Source of the DNA: Synechococcus sp. A15-28
GTDB taxonomy: Bacteria; Cyanobacteriota; Cyanobacteriia; PCC-6307; Cyanobiaceae
DNA length: 32,000 bases
Assembly: GCF_014280175.1 (NCBI RefSeq)
Contig: NZ_CP047931.1
Coordinates: 30,001 to 62,000, forward strand
Reading direction: 5' to 3'
Both the position numbers and the translations under genes were made by a program. Positions within the stretch are counted from its first letter, which is position 1. Each line of letters opens with the position of its first letter. Below, one piece after another: positions 25,059 to 32,000 of the stretch. The notes beneath the pieces are model-generated. The model worked only from the letters and a program-made list of their open reading frames with translations, did no database searches and was not told the DNA's origin.

Positions 25059-26378
25059 ATGGCGTCCACCCCTGGATCTGGTGATCACCGCAGGGTGAAG
25101 TCGGCAGCCTTTCTGTTCGCCTGCGGATGTGCTGGGGCAGCACCCCACTGGTTGGATCCGGTGCGATCGCTGTGGCCGGCCATCAGCCTGGCGATGGTGC
25201 TCGGTGGATATGGGTTGCGGACAGTCCTGCGCGCTGATCTGAAGCGAGGAGATGCAGCAGAGGCTGTTGAGCTGGATCGTGAGTCTTTGCCCAGCCTGGA
25301 TGTGGTGGTAGCGGCGCGCGATGAGGAGGGGGTGGTCACGCGCCTGGTCGAGCGTTTGACGGCACTGCGCTACCCATCTGATCGCCTCACCACCTGGGTG
25401 ATTGATGACGGCAGCCTGGATCGGACTCCTCAGTTGTTGGATCAACTGGCGCAACGCCATCCGGGCTTGAACGTGATTCACCGCCCGCGCAATGCCGGCG
25501 GTGGTAAATCCGGTGCGTTGAACACGGCGTTGGCTCAGCTGAGCGGCGACTGGTTGCTGGTGCTCGATGCCGATGCCCAGCTGCAGGAGGATTTATTGGA
25601 GCGTCTGGTGCCCTATGCCCTCGATGGCGGCTGGTCGGCGGTGCAGTTGCGCAAGGCGGTGATTGATGCCGATTCCAACTGGTTGACGCGGTCGCAGGCG
25701 ATGGAGATGGCCCTGGATGCCGTGGTTCAGACCGGACGTCTGGCGTCCGGTGGCATCGCTGAACTGCGGGGCAATGGCCAGCTGATTCGCCGTTCGGTGC
25801 TGGAGGAAAGCGGCGGCTTCAACGAAGACACGGTGACGGATGACCTCGATCTGAGCTTCCGACTGTTGACCCATGGCGCCCTGGTGGGAATGCTCTGGGA
25901 TCCGCCTGTGCAGGAAGAGGCGGTACCTGGGCTTCAGGCTCTTTGGAAGCAGCGGCAGCGCTGGGCTGAAGGTGGCTTGCAGCGCTTCTTTGATTACTGG
26001 CCGACGCTGACGTCAGCCCAGCTGACGCTGCGGCAGCGCTGGGATCTGGCTTGCTTCTTCCTTTTGCAGTACTGCCTGCCGGTGCTGTCGTTTGCCGACC
26101 TGAGCACGAGTGTGATTAGCCGCACCGTGCCGACGTATTGGCCACTGTCCTTCGTGGCGTTCGGTGTGTCGGGTCTGGCCTATTGGCGCGGTTGTCGTGG
26201 ACGCAACGAAGGGCCATTGATTCCGAGGCCTGGGATCTGGCATCTCCTGGTGGCGATGGTCTATCTGAGCCACTGGTTTGTGGTGATTCCGTGGGTGACG
26301 CTGCGGATGGCGTTGTTGCCCAAGCGTTTGGTTTGGGCCAAAACCGCCCACGGACAGGACTACCCGGTTCAGGTCTGA
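25059..26378 (+). CDS. Family 2 membrane glycosyltransferase (processive/CESA-like fold); possibly the cyanobacterial monoglucosyl-diacylglycerol synthase type
   Basis: GT2 motifs are VIDDGSLDRT, LVLDADA, TDDLDLSFR and QRQRWAEGG (QxxRW), flanked by N- and C-terminal TM helices. The specific lipid-synthase assignment is inference only. Confidence 0.8.
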   Translation: MASTPGSGDHRRVKSAAFLFACGCAGAAPHWLDPVRSLWPAISLAMVLGGYGLRTVLRADLKRGDAAEAVELDRESLPSLDVVVAARDEEGVVTRLVERLTALRYPSDRLTTWVIDDGSLDRTPQLLDQLAQRHPGLNVIHRPRNAGGGKSGALNTALAQLSGDWLLVLDADAQLQEDLLERLVPYALDGGWSAVQLRKAVIDADSNWLTRSQAMEMALDAVVQTGRLASGGIAELRGNGQLIRRSVLEESGGFNEDTVTDDLDLSFRLLTHGALVGMLWDPPVQEEAVPGLQALWKQRQRWAEGGLQRFFDYWPTLTSAQLTLRQRWDLACFFLLQYCLPVLSFADLSTSVISRTVPTYWPLSFVAFGVSGLAYWRGCRGRNEGPLIPRPGIWHLLVAMVYLSHWFVVIPWVTLRMALLPKRLVWAKTAHGQDYPVQV

Positions 26379-26380
26379 CG

Positions 26381-27625
26381 GTGTCCCCTTTTTCATTGTT
26401 CGATCAGGCTGAGGATCGCTTTGAGGATTTGGTTTGGGGCCAGGTTCTCGTGACACCTTTTGAGATTGGGGCTTGGGCGTTGCTGGAGCCGATGGGCGAA
26501 CAAAACCATGCGCCCCAGTTGTGTTGGATCCGGCCCGATCTGTTGGGTTGTGTCTGGATGGCAGGCAGCGGAGAAGGCACCGCTGGGATGTCGGTGTGCC
26601 TATCGCTATTGGCAGCCGAAGGCGGACATTGGTCGGTACCGCAGCGGATTTCCCGAGATCAGGAGCGGTCGGAGCAGAACCCCTTGCTGTTCGTCTCTGA
26701 CGGTTGTTTGAACCTGATTCATTCGGCCCAATTGGTGCGCGACCCAGAGCAGCGTGCTGCTGTCGACGTATCCAGCAGCTTTTCCATGCAGTGGACAGCT
26801 GTCCTCCGGCATCAGCGGCTGGCGCTGGACTGCCTCGACCCTTCCGATCCTGAGACCTGGTCGGCCGAGGCATGGTCGAATCCCGTTGACCTGTTTGACG
26901 ATCCCGCCTTCTGCCGAAATCCCCCCTATCCCCTGGCGAACGGCCACTGGTTGTTGCCGATCTACCGCAGCCTGGAAGCGGGCGGAGCCTTTGGTCATGA
27001 CCACAGCGAGATGGTGCGTTTGGATCCGTCAGGTCATTGCCTTGACCAGCACATCGGCATTCCAGACAGCACCGGCAGGGTGCATGGTTCAATCGTTGCC
27101 TCACGGGATGGCACCCGACTGCTTCAGTTCTTTCGCAGTCGCCTCGCGGATCAGATCTACCGAAGTAACAGTTCGGATGACGGCTACACCTGGTCTGTTC
27201 CAGAGCCCACTTCGCTGCCCAACAACAACAGCTCCATCCAGGCCTGCCGCTTAGCGAGTGGGCGATTGGCGATGATTTTCAACCGCTTTGGCTTTGCGCC
27301 GGATCCGGCCACGTCGGAGGAGCAACTGGAGTGGGGGGAGGCCCGTTGGCCGCGAACCCGATGGCCGTTGTCGATCGCCATCAGCGATGACGATGGACTG
27401 CATTGGCCATGGATTCGCGACATTGATACCGGTTTCGGCTTCTGTGGGCCGATGAATTGGGACCTCAATGGGCAACTGGCCTACCCAACCCTGATCGAGG
27501 GGCAGCCCGGTGAGCTGCATGTGGCTTACTCCTGGGCGGGCCGGCAAGCTATTCGCTACTCCGCTCTGCGGGAACTGGAGGTTATCGGGTACGACCCTGA
27601 CGTCTCAGCCTTTGGTGCGTACTGA
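26381..27625 (+). CDS. BNR/Asp-box repeat protein, sialidase-like beta-propeller, no signal peptide
   Basis: Asp-box SSDDGYTWS (SxDxGxTW) and a degenerate ISDDDGLHWPW. GTG at 26381 lies 2 nt after the GT2 stop. The track ORF's upstream part (26138-26380) overlaps the GT2 gene and is discarded. Confidence 0.7.
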   Translation: MSPFSLFDQAEDRFEDLVWGQVLVTPFEIGAWALLEPMGEQNHAPQLCWIRPDLLGCVWMAGSGEGTAGMSVCLSLLAAEGGHWSVPQRISRDQERSEQNPLLFVSDGCLNLIHSAQLVRDPEQRAAVDVSSSFSMQWTAVLRHQRLALDCLDPSDPETWSAEAWSNPVDLFDDPAFCRNPPYPLANGHWLLPIYRSLEAGGAFGHDHSEMVRLDPSGHCLDQHIGIPDSTGRVHGSIVASRDGTRLLQFFRSRLADQIYRSNSSDDGYTWSVPEPTSLPNNNSSIQACRLASGRLAMIFNRFGFAPDPATSEEQLEWGEARWPRTRWPLSIAISDDDGLHWPWIRDIDTGFGFCGPMNWDLNGQLAYPTLIEGQPGELHVAYSWAGRQAIRYSALRELEVIGYDPDVSAFGAY

Positions 27626-27640
27626 CATCGGTTCATTCAA

Positions 27641-29407
27641 TCAATTGATGTCATCAATGTCGAGCACCTGACCATTGAAGAAGTCCGCCAGATTGCGGGC
27701 CTGGCGATCCAGGCCTGAGGAATGGCTTTGCTGAGAGCTGGATTCGGAGGGGGCTGGGGATGGTTTTGGTGCCATGGGCTCTGGCTGGGTGTTGGGCAGT
27801 TCCGGAGCAACGGCTGTGGTCTGAGCTTCTGGGACTGGCTCTGGAGTGGTGATCACTGGTGGGGTGACCACCGGCGCTGGTGGTGGCTGAACCATTGGCG
27901 GCGCTCCGCCGCTGCTGGCCTCGAGCACGAGTTGGCGGGATCCTCCCAATGCTTTGGCCATGGCTTGTTCCAGCAAGGCAGCCCGGCTCTGCACCATGCC
28001 CATCCAGTTGCTGGCCACCTGCACCACAGCCTTGTTGGCGTCGAGCCGCACCAACTGCCCCTGCTGCGACAGCAGCATTCGGGTGGAGGGCAATTCCAGG
28101 CTGCCGAGGATCTGCTGCCACAGCTCCGCCAGGTTGGGCGTCGTGCCCTCTGCAGCAGCAGGCGTCACCGGGGGCAGCTCCGGAGCCGGTGCAGGAGCCG
28201 CAGATGGCGTTGGCGACGGGGTAGGAACAACAGGCGTTGGTGTGATTGCTGGAGCCGTTTGTGCCGGTACGGCCGCGGCGACGGATGCTGCTGCTGCTGG
28301 GGTTGTGGTTGTGGCCTCCGCCAACAGACCCAGAAGCAGCACTTCCAGCCACAGCCGTGGTTGCACGCTTTGCCGCAGCTGTTGCTCACTGCCGCGCAGT
28401 TGTGCCTGCCATTGCAGTAGTCGGGCCCGGCCAAGGGCCTTGGCGAGGGGCGGCAGCTGCTCGCTGAATTGCGGGGAGATGCCGGTCAGTTCCGGCCGAT
28501 CCGGTGCGGCGGCCATCAGCACCAGATCCCGGAGGATACCCGCCAGGCCCTGCAGTACGGCGCCGGGATCGCGGCCCCGGTCCAGCAGGTTGCGGGTGGC
28601 TTCCAGCAATGCCACCGGTTCAGCGCTGCTCATCGCCTGCACCAGCTGCAGAAGTTCCTGCTCCGGCACGGCCCCCAGCAGATCCCACACTGCGGTGGCT
28701 TCGATCGGCGGTGGCAGCAGGCTCAGCTGATCCAGCAGGCTTTCGGCGTCCCGCAGCCCTCCCTGGGAGCGCTGGGCCACTACATGGATGGCTTCGGGTT
28801 TGATCTCGATGGCTTCCTGCTCGGCGATCCAGCTGAGGTGCCCTTCGAGGGCATCGAGGGGGATGCGCCGGAAATCAAAGCGTTGGCAACGGCTGAGGAT
28901 CGTCGGCAGCACCCGCTGTGGGTCTGTCGTGGCCAGCACGAACACCACCTGCGGTGGCGGCTCCTCCAGGGTTTTCAGCAGCGCGTTGAAGGCTGCGGTG
29001 GAGAGCATGTGGCACTCGTCCACCACATACACCTTCCAGCGCGCCTGCACCGGTGCGAAGCGGGAGCGTTCGATCAGCTCGCGGATGTTGTCGACGCCGG
29101 TGTTAGAGGCGGCGTCGATCTCGATCACATCCAGGGCCGTGCCCGCCGCAATCGTGGTGCACAGCTCACAGGTGCCACAGGGTTCCGGCGTGGGCCCGTC
29201 GCTGTTTAGGCAGTTGAGCGATCGCGCAAGGATCCGGGCGCTGGAGGTTTTACCCGTTCCCCTTGGCCCGCTGAATAGGTAGGCCGGTGCGATCCGGTTG
29301 CTGGTGAGGGCATGGCCGAGGGTGGCGGCAATCGCCTCCTGGCCCACCAGCTGATCGAAGCGTTGGGGGCGGTATTTGTGATGCAGCGGCTGGTAGGCCG
29401 AACTCAT
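27641..29407 (-). CDS. dnaX: DNA polymerase III subunit gamma/tau
   Basis: AAA+ clamp-loader N-terminus (GPRGTGKTSSARILA), the Zn module CGTCELC, the SRC motif (LSRCQRFDF), and two long Pro/Ala/Thr-rich linkers in the C-terminal half. Confidence 0.93.
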   Translation of the reverse strand: MSSAYQPLHHKYRPQRFDQLVGQEAIAATLGHALTSNRIAPAYLFSGPRGTGKTSSARILARSLNCLNSDGPTPEPCGTCELCTTIAAGTALDVIEIDAASNTGVDNIRELIERSRFAPVQARWKVYVVDECHMLSTAAFNALLKTLEEPPPQVVFVLATTDPQRVLPTILSRCQRFDFRRIPLDALEGHLSWIAEQEAIEIKPEAIHVVAQRSQGGLRDAESLLDQLSLLPPPIEATAVWDLLGAVPEQELLQLVQAMSSAEPVALLEATRNLLDRGRDPGAVLQGLAGILRDLVLMAAAPDRPELTGISPQFSEQLPPLAKALGRARLLQWQAQLRGSEQQLRQSVQPRLWLEVLLLGLLAEATTTTPAAAASVAAAVPAQTAPAITPTPVVPTPSPTPSAAPAPAPELPPVTPAAAEGTTPNLAELWQQILGSLELPSTRMLLSQQGQLVRLDANKAVVQVASNWMGMVQSRAALLEQAMAKALGGSRQLVLEASSGGAPPMVQPPPAPVVTPPVITTPEPVPEAQTTAVAPELPNTQPEPMAPKPSPAPSESSSQQSHSSGLDRQARNLADFFNGQVLDIDDIN

Positions 29408-29430
29408 GCGCTGCGGTCGTTACCCGGAGA

Positions 29431-30069
29431 TTACTCAGCTTTGTCGGCTGTGGGCAGCGCCGCTGGTTCCTCCAGCAAGGCATCGATGCGTTGTTTCAGC
29501 TCCTCCACCGCCGCCAGTTCATCGGCCAGGCTCTGGCCGCTGAGCATCAGCGTTCGGTTGCCCCCGTCACCGGCCTGTTGCAGCAGGGTTTCCAGTTTGC
29601 CCAGCAGTTTCTGCCGCAGCCGTTCCAGCTTGGCCACACCCTGGCGGGCCATCTGGCGGGCGTTGTCGTCTAACAGGCCCCGCTGCACTAGCAGCTCCAG
29701 GCCGCGCATTAGGGCGGATGGCATCAACTCGCTCCAGTGGCGGGCCCGTTCCAGAACTGAGTCGATCTGGCCGCTGCGATGCCTGCCGGTTTTGCACCAG
29801 GTGGCGAAGTGCTCGCAGTTGTTGAACAACAGGTTGTAGTTCTGCTCGCCGATGCGACTCATGGCTCGCTGCAGGGTGACCCGGACCGGTGAGGCATCAG
29901 CGTGCTCAATCACGCTCAGGGGTTGGCCTTGGCTGAACTCGTCCGTGGAACTGCGCAGGATTTCGCGGCCTTCGAGGTAATGGGCCACGGTTCCATCGCC
30001 CAGATCGATGCCGTGATGATTGAACAGGCCGTGCTGACGCGGCACCTGCAGGTGGTCAGCGGCAGACAT
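29431..30069 (-). CDS. LRAT / NlpC-P60 superfamily (H-box, NCEHF) domain protein with coiled-coil C-terminal extension
   Basis: HHGIDLGDGTVAHY and LLFNNCEHFATWCKTGRH are the His and catalytic-Cys motifs of the LRAT-like papain fold. ATG at 30069 lies 10 nt after the clpX stop; the track start at 30129 would overlap clpX. Confidence 0.75.
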   Translation of the reverse strand: MSAADHLQVPRQHGLFNHHGIDLGDGTVAHYLEGREILRSSTDEFSQGQPLSVIEHADASPVRVTLQRAMSRIGEQNYNLLFNNCEHFATWCKTGRHRSGQIDSVLERARHWSELMPSALMRGLELLVQRGLLDDNARQMARQGVAKLERLRQKLLGKLETLLQQAGDGGNRTLMLSGQSLADELAAVEELKQRIDALLEEPAALPTADKAE

Positions 30070-30079
30070 GCGGCAGGCT

Positions 30080-31429
30080 TCAGGCGGTCTTCTGCTGTTC
30101 GTTGCCCGGCAGCGGCAGCACCTTGCCACCGGTGTGCTGCTCCACCATCGCCTGGGTGATGGTGAATTCCTTCACCGTCGTCTGGGAGGGGAGGTCGTAC
30201 ATCAGATCCAGCATCAGTTCCTCCACGATCCCCCGCAGGGCGCGGGCGCCGGTCTTGCGCCGGTGGGCCTCCTGGGCGATGGCATGGATGGCTTCCGGTT
30301 CGAATTGCAGCTGGACGTTGTCCATGCTCAGCAGGGTGCGGAACTGCTTCACCAGGGCATCGCGGGGCTCGGTGAGGATCGACTCCAGGGCGCTTTCGTC
30401 CAGGGGTTCCAGCACGGCACTCACCGGCATCCGGCCGATGAATTCCGGAATCAGGCCGTATTTCACCAGGTCGTCCGGCTGCAGCTGGCGCAGCACCTGG
30501 GAGGCCTGCAGCTCGCGGTTGGCCCGGCTGCGGCCTCGACCATCGCTGGGCATGAAGCCGATGGCATTGCGGCCCATGCGTTTCTGCACCACCTCATCGA
30601 GGCCGACGAAGGCACCTCCGCAGATGAACAGGATCTGGCTGGTGTCGATCTGGATGCAGTCCTGGTAAGGATGCTTGCGCCCCCCCTGGGGTGGAACGTT
30701 GGCGACCGTTCCCTCCAGCATCTTCAGCAGGGCCTGCTGCACCCCTTCGCCGGACACATCCCGGGTGATTGAGGGGTTTTCGCTCTTGCGGGCGATCTTG
30801 TCGATTTCATCGATGTAGATGATGCCCCGCTGGGCCTGATCCACATCCATGTCGGCTTTCTGCAGCAGCCGCAGCAGGATGTTTTCCACGTCCTCGCCGA
30901 CATAGCCGGCTTCGGTGAGGGTGGTGGCATCAGCCACGGCGAAGGGCACATCCAGCATCTCGGCCAGGGTCTGCGCCAGAAGGGTCTTGCCGCAACCGGT
31001 GGGACCGATCAGAAGGATGTTGCTTTTGTGCAGGCGGGTGGCCGTCTGTTCGGTTTCGCCCTGGCCGTCTCCCTGCCAGGCCAGGCGTTTGTAGTGGTTG
31101 TAGACCGCCACCGACATCACCTTCTTGGCGGCCTCCTGTCCCACCACCTGCTCATCCAGGAAGCTCTTGATCTGCTGAGGCTTGGGGATCGAGGCCAGGG
31201 TCGGCGCGGGCTTGCCGCTCTTCTTGGCCGCTGGTGCTGCCTTGCGGCTGGTGTCGGCGGTCTGCCCCCGGTTGCCCTGGCTGTCCACCAGTTCCTCATC
31301 CAGGATCTCGTTGCAGAGATCGATGCACTCGTCGCAGATGTAAACGCCCGGACCCGCAATCAGCTTGCGCACCTGATCCTGGGATTTGCCACAGAAGGAG
31401 CACTTCAGATGGGCATCGAACTTGGCCAT
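30080..31429 (-). CDS. clpX: ATP-dependent Clp protease ATP-binding subunit ClpX
   Basis: N-terminal zinc finger CSFCGK...ICDECI, Walker A GPTGCGKT, and full-length ClpX similarity. Confidence 0.96.
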   Translation of the reverse strand: MAKFDAHLKCSFCGKSQDQVRKLIAGPGVYICDECIDLCNEILDEELVDSQGNRGQTADTSRKAAPAAKKSGKPAPTLASIPKPQQIKSFLDEQVVGQEAAKKVMSVAVYNHYKRLAWQGDGQGETEQTATRLHKSNILLIGPTGCGKTLLAQTLAEMLDVPFAVADATTLTEAGYVGEDVENILLRLLQKADMDVDQAQRGIIYIDEIDKIARKSENPSITRDVSGEGVQQALLKMLEGTVANVPPQGGRKHPYQDCIQIDTSQILFICGGAFVGLDEVVQKRMGRNAIGFMPSDGRGRSRANRELQASQVLRQLQPDDLVKYGLIPEFIGRMPVSAVLEPLDESALESILTEPRDALVKQFRTLLSMDNVQLQFEPEAIHAIAQEAHRRKTGARALRGIVEELMLDLMYDLPSQTTVKEFTITQAMVEQHTGGKVLPLPGNEQQKTA

Positions 31430-31510
31430 CGAACGCCGGGCACATCAAGAGAACAGGAAGCGACCGGGCGGTCATCCTGAAACTCAGGATCGGGACGGGA
31501 GGACGGCTTG

Positions 31511-32000
31511 TCAGCCCTCCGTAACGATTCCTTTGTCCCCGGAGCTGTCCACCACCCGATCGATCAGGCCGTATTGAACCGCTTCTGCCGGGGAAAGGAA
31601 GTAGTCGCGGTCTGTGTCTTCAGCGATCTTGTCGAGTGGCTGACCGGTGTGGTCGGCCATCAAGCCGTTGAGGGTTTCCTTGAGGAAGAGAATTTCCTTG
31701 GCCTGGATCTCGATGTCCACTGCCTGTCCCTGGGCTCCGCCGAGGGGTTGGTGGATCATGATCCGGGCATTCGGCAGGGCCAGTCGCTTGCCCTTGCAGC
31801 CACCGGACAGCAGGAAGGCGCCCATGCTCGCGGCCAAGCCGTAGCAAATGGTGACCACGTCGGGGGCCACCTGCTGCATCGTGTCGTAGATGGCCAGGCC
31901 GGCGGTCACCGAGCCTCCCGGTGAGTTGATGTAGATCTGGATGTCCTTTTCCGGGTCCTCGGCTTCAAGGAACAGCATCTGGGCCACCAGGGCATCGGCC
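31511..32000 (-). CDS. clpP: ATP-dependent Clp protease proteolytic subunit, C-terminal part; gene continues past the window end
   Basis: [41 protein letters not shown] and MIHQPLGG are ClpP Ser/His regions. The frame stays open to position 32000. Confidence 0.9.
   Translation of the reverse strand, partial: ADALVAQMLFLEAEDPEKDIQIYINSPGGSVTAGLAIYDTMQQVAPDVVTICYGLAASMGAFLLSGGCKGKRLALPNARIMIHQPLGGAQGQAVDIEIQAKEILFLKETLNGLMADHTGQPLDKIAEDTDRDYFLSPAEAVQYGLIDRVVDSSGDKGIVTEG

Noticed and set aside
26138-26380. Upstream 81 codons of the BNR-protein ORF, overlapping the 3' end of the GT2 gene.
   Set aside because: This region is explained by the GT2 reading frame, which encodes C-terminal TM helices. 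A GTG directly after the GT2 stop gives a clean non-overlapping start.
27654-28730. Stack of 200-260-aa ORFs in several frames on both strands, and repetitive-looking GGTGG/CTGG-rich DNA.
   Set aside because: It coincides with the two Pro/Ala/Thr-rich linker regions of dnaX (tau). This is low-complexity coding sequence, not a repeat element or nested genes. I also saw no A-rich slippery heptamer that would suggest an E. coli-style gamma frameshift site.
1-32000. Scanned for CRISPR-like regularly spaced repeats, IS/transposase or integrase genes, reverse transcriptase, toxin-antitoxin pairs, rRNA, tmRNA/RNase P/6S-like conserved blocks and the Yfr1 core motif.
   Set aside because: Nothing of these kinds was recognisable. 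Non-coding gaps are all about 175 bp or less, leaving little room for unannotated RNA genes.

Overview
Gene-dense, high-GC window (about 60% by eye, not computed). It reads as core chromosome of a marine Synechococcus-type picocyanobacterium. That assignment is inferred from gene content and order only: gap2, thiL, lumenal cyclophilin, efp-accB, pdxA, DHSS-type aminotransferase, cbiD, guaA, mrdA, sqdB-sqdX, thiG, rpmI-rplT, clpP-clpX and dnaX. I support 40 CDS (two truncated at the window edges), one tRNA-Gly(CCC) and one clear intrinsic terminator. I saw no rRNA, CRISPR array, transposase, integrase or prophage signature. No non-coding gap exceeds about 175 bp. Three real-looking genes are missing from the ORF track: the murC 5' fragment (1-189), a 57-aa signal-peptide/two-Cys ORF (6745-6918), and a 57-aa ssl1498/Psb34-like ORF (20611-20784). 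The best candidate for an under-described system is the divergent pair at 6922-9090. It combines a stand-alone HNH nuclease with an SNF2 ATPase whose N-terminus looks HARP-like, together resembling a split ZRANB3/SMARCAL1 architecture. Secondary leads are: the secreted Cys-peptide ORF beside that pair; a lower-GC cluster of small ORFs against the 3' end of tRNA-Gly; an LRAT/NlpC-P60-like gene between clpX and dnaX; a GT2 glycosyltransferase abutting a cytoplasmic BNR propeller; and a cbiD whose conserved N-terminus lies upstream of any canonical start codon. All family calls come from motif recognition by eye; no database search was possible.
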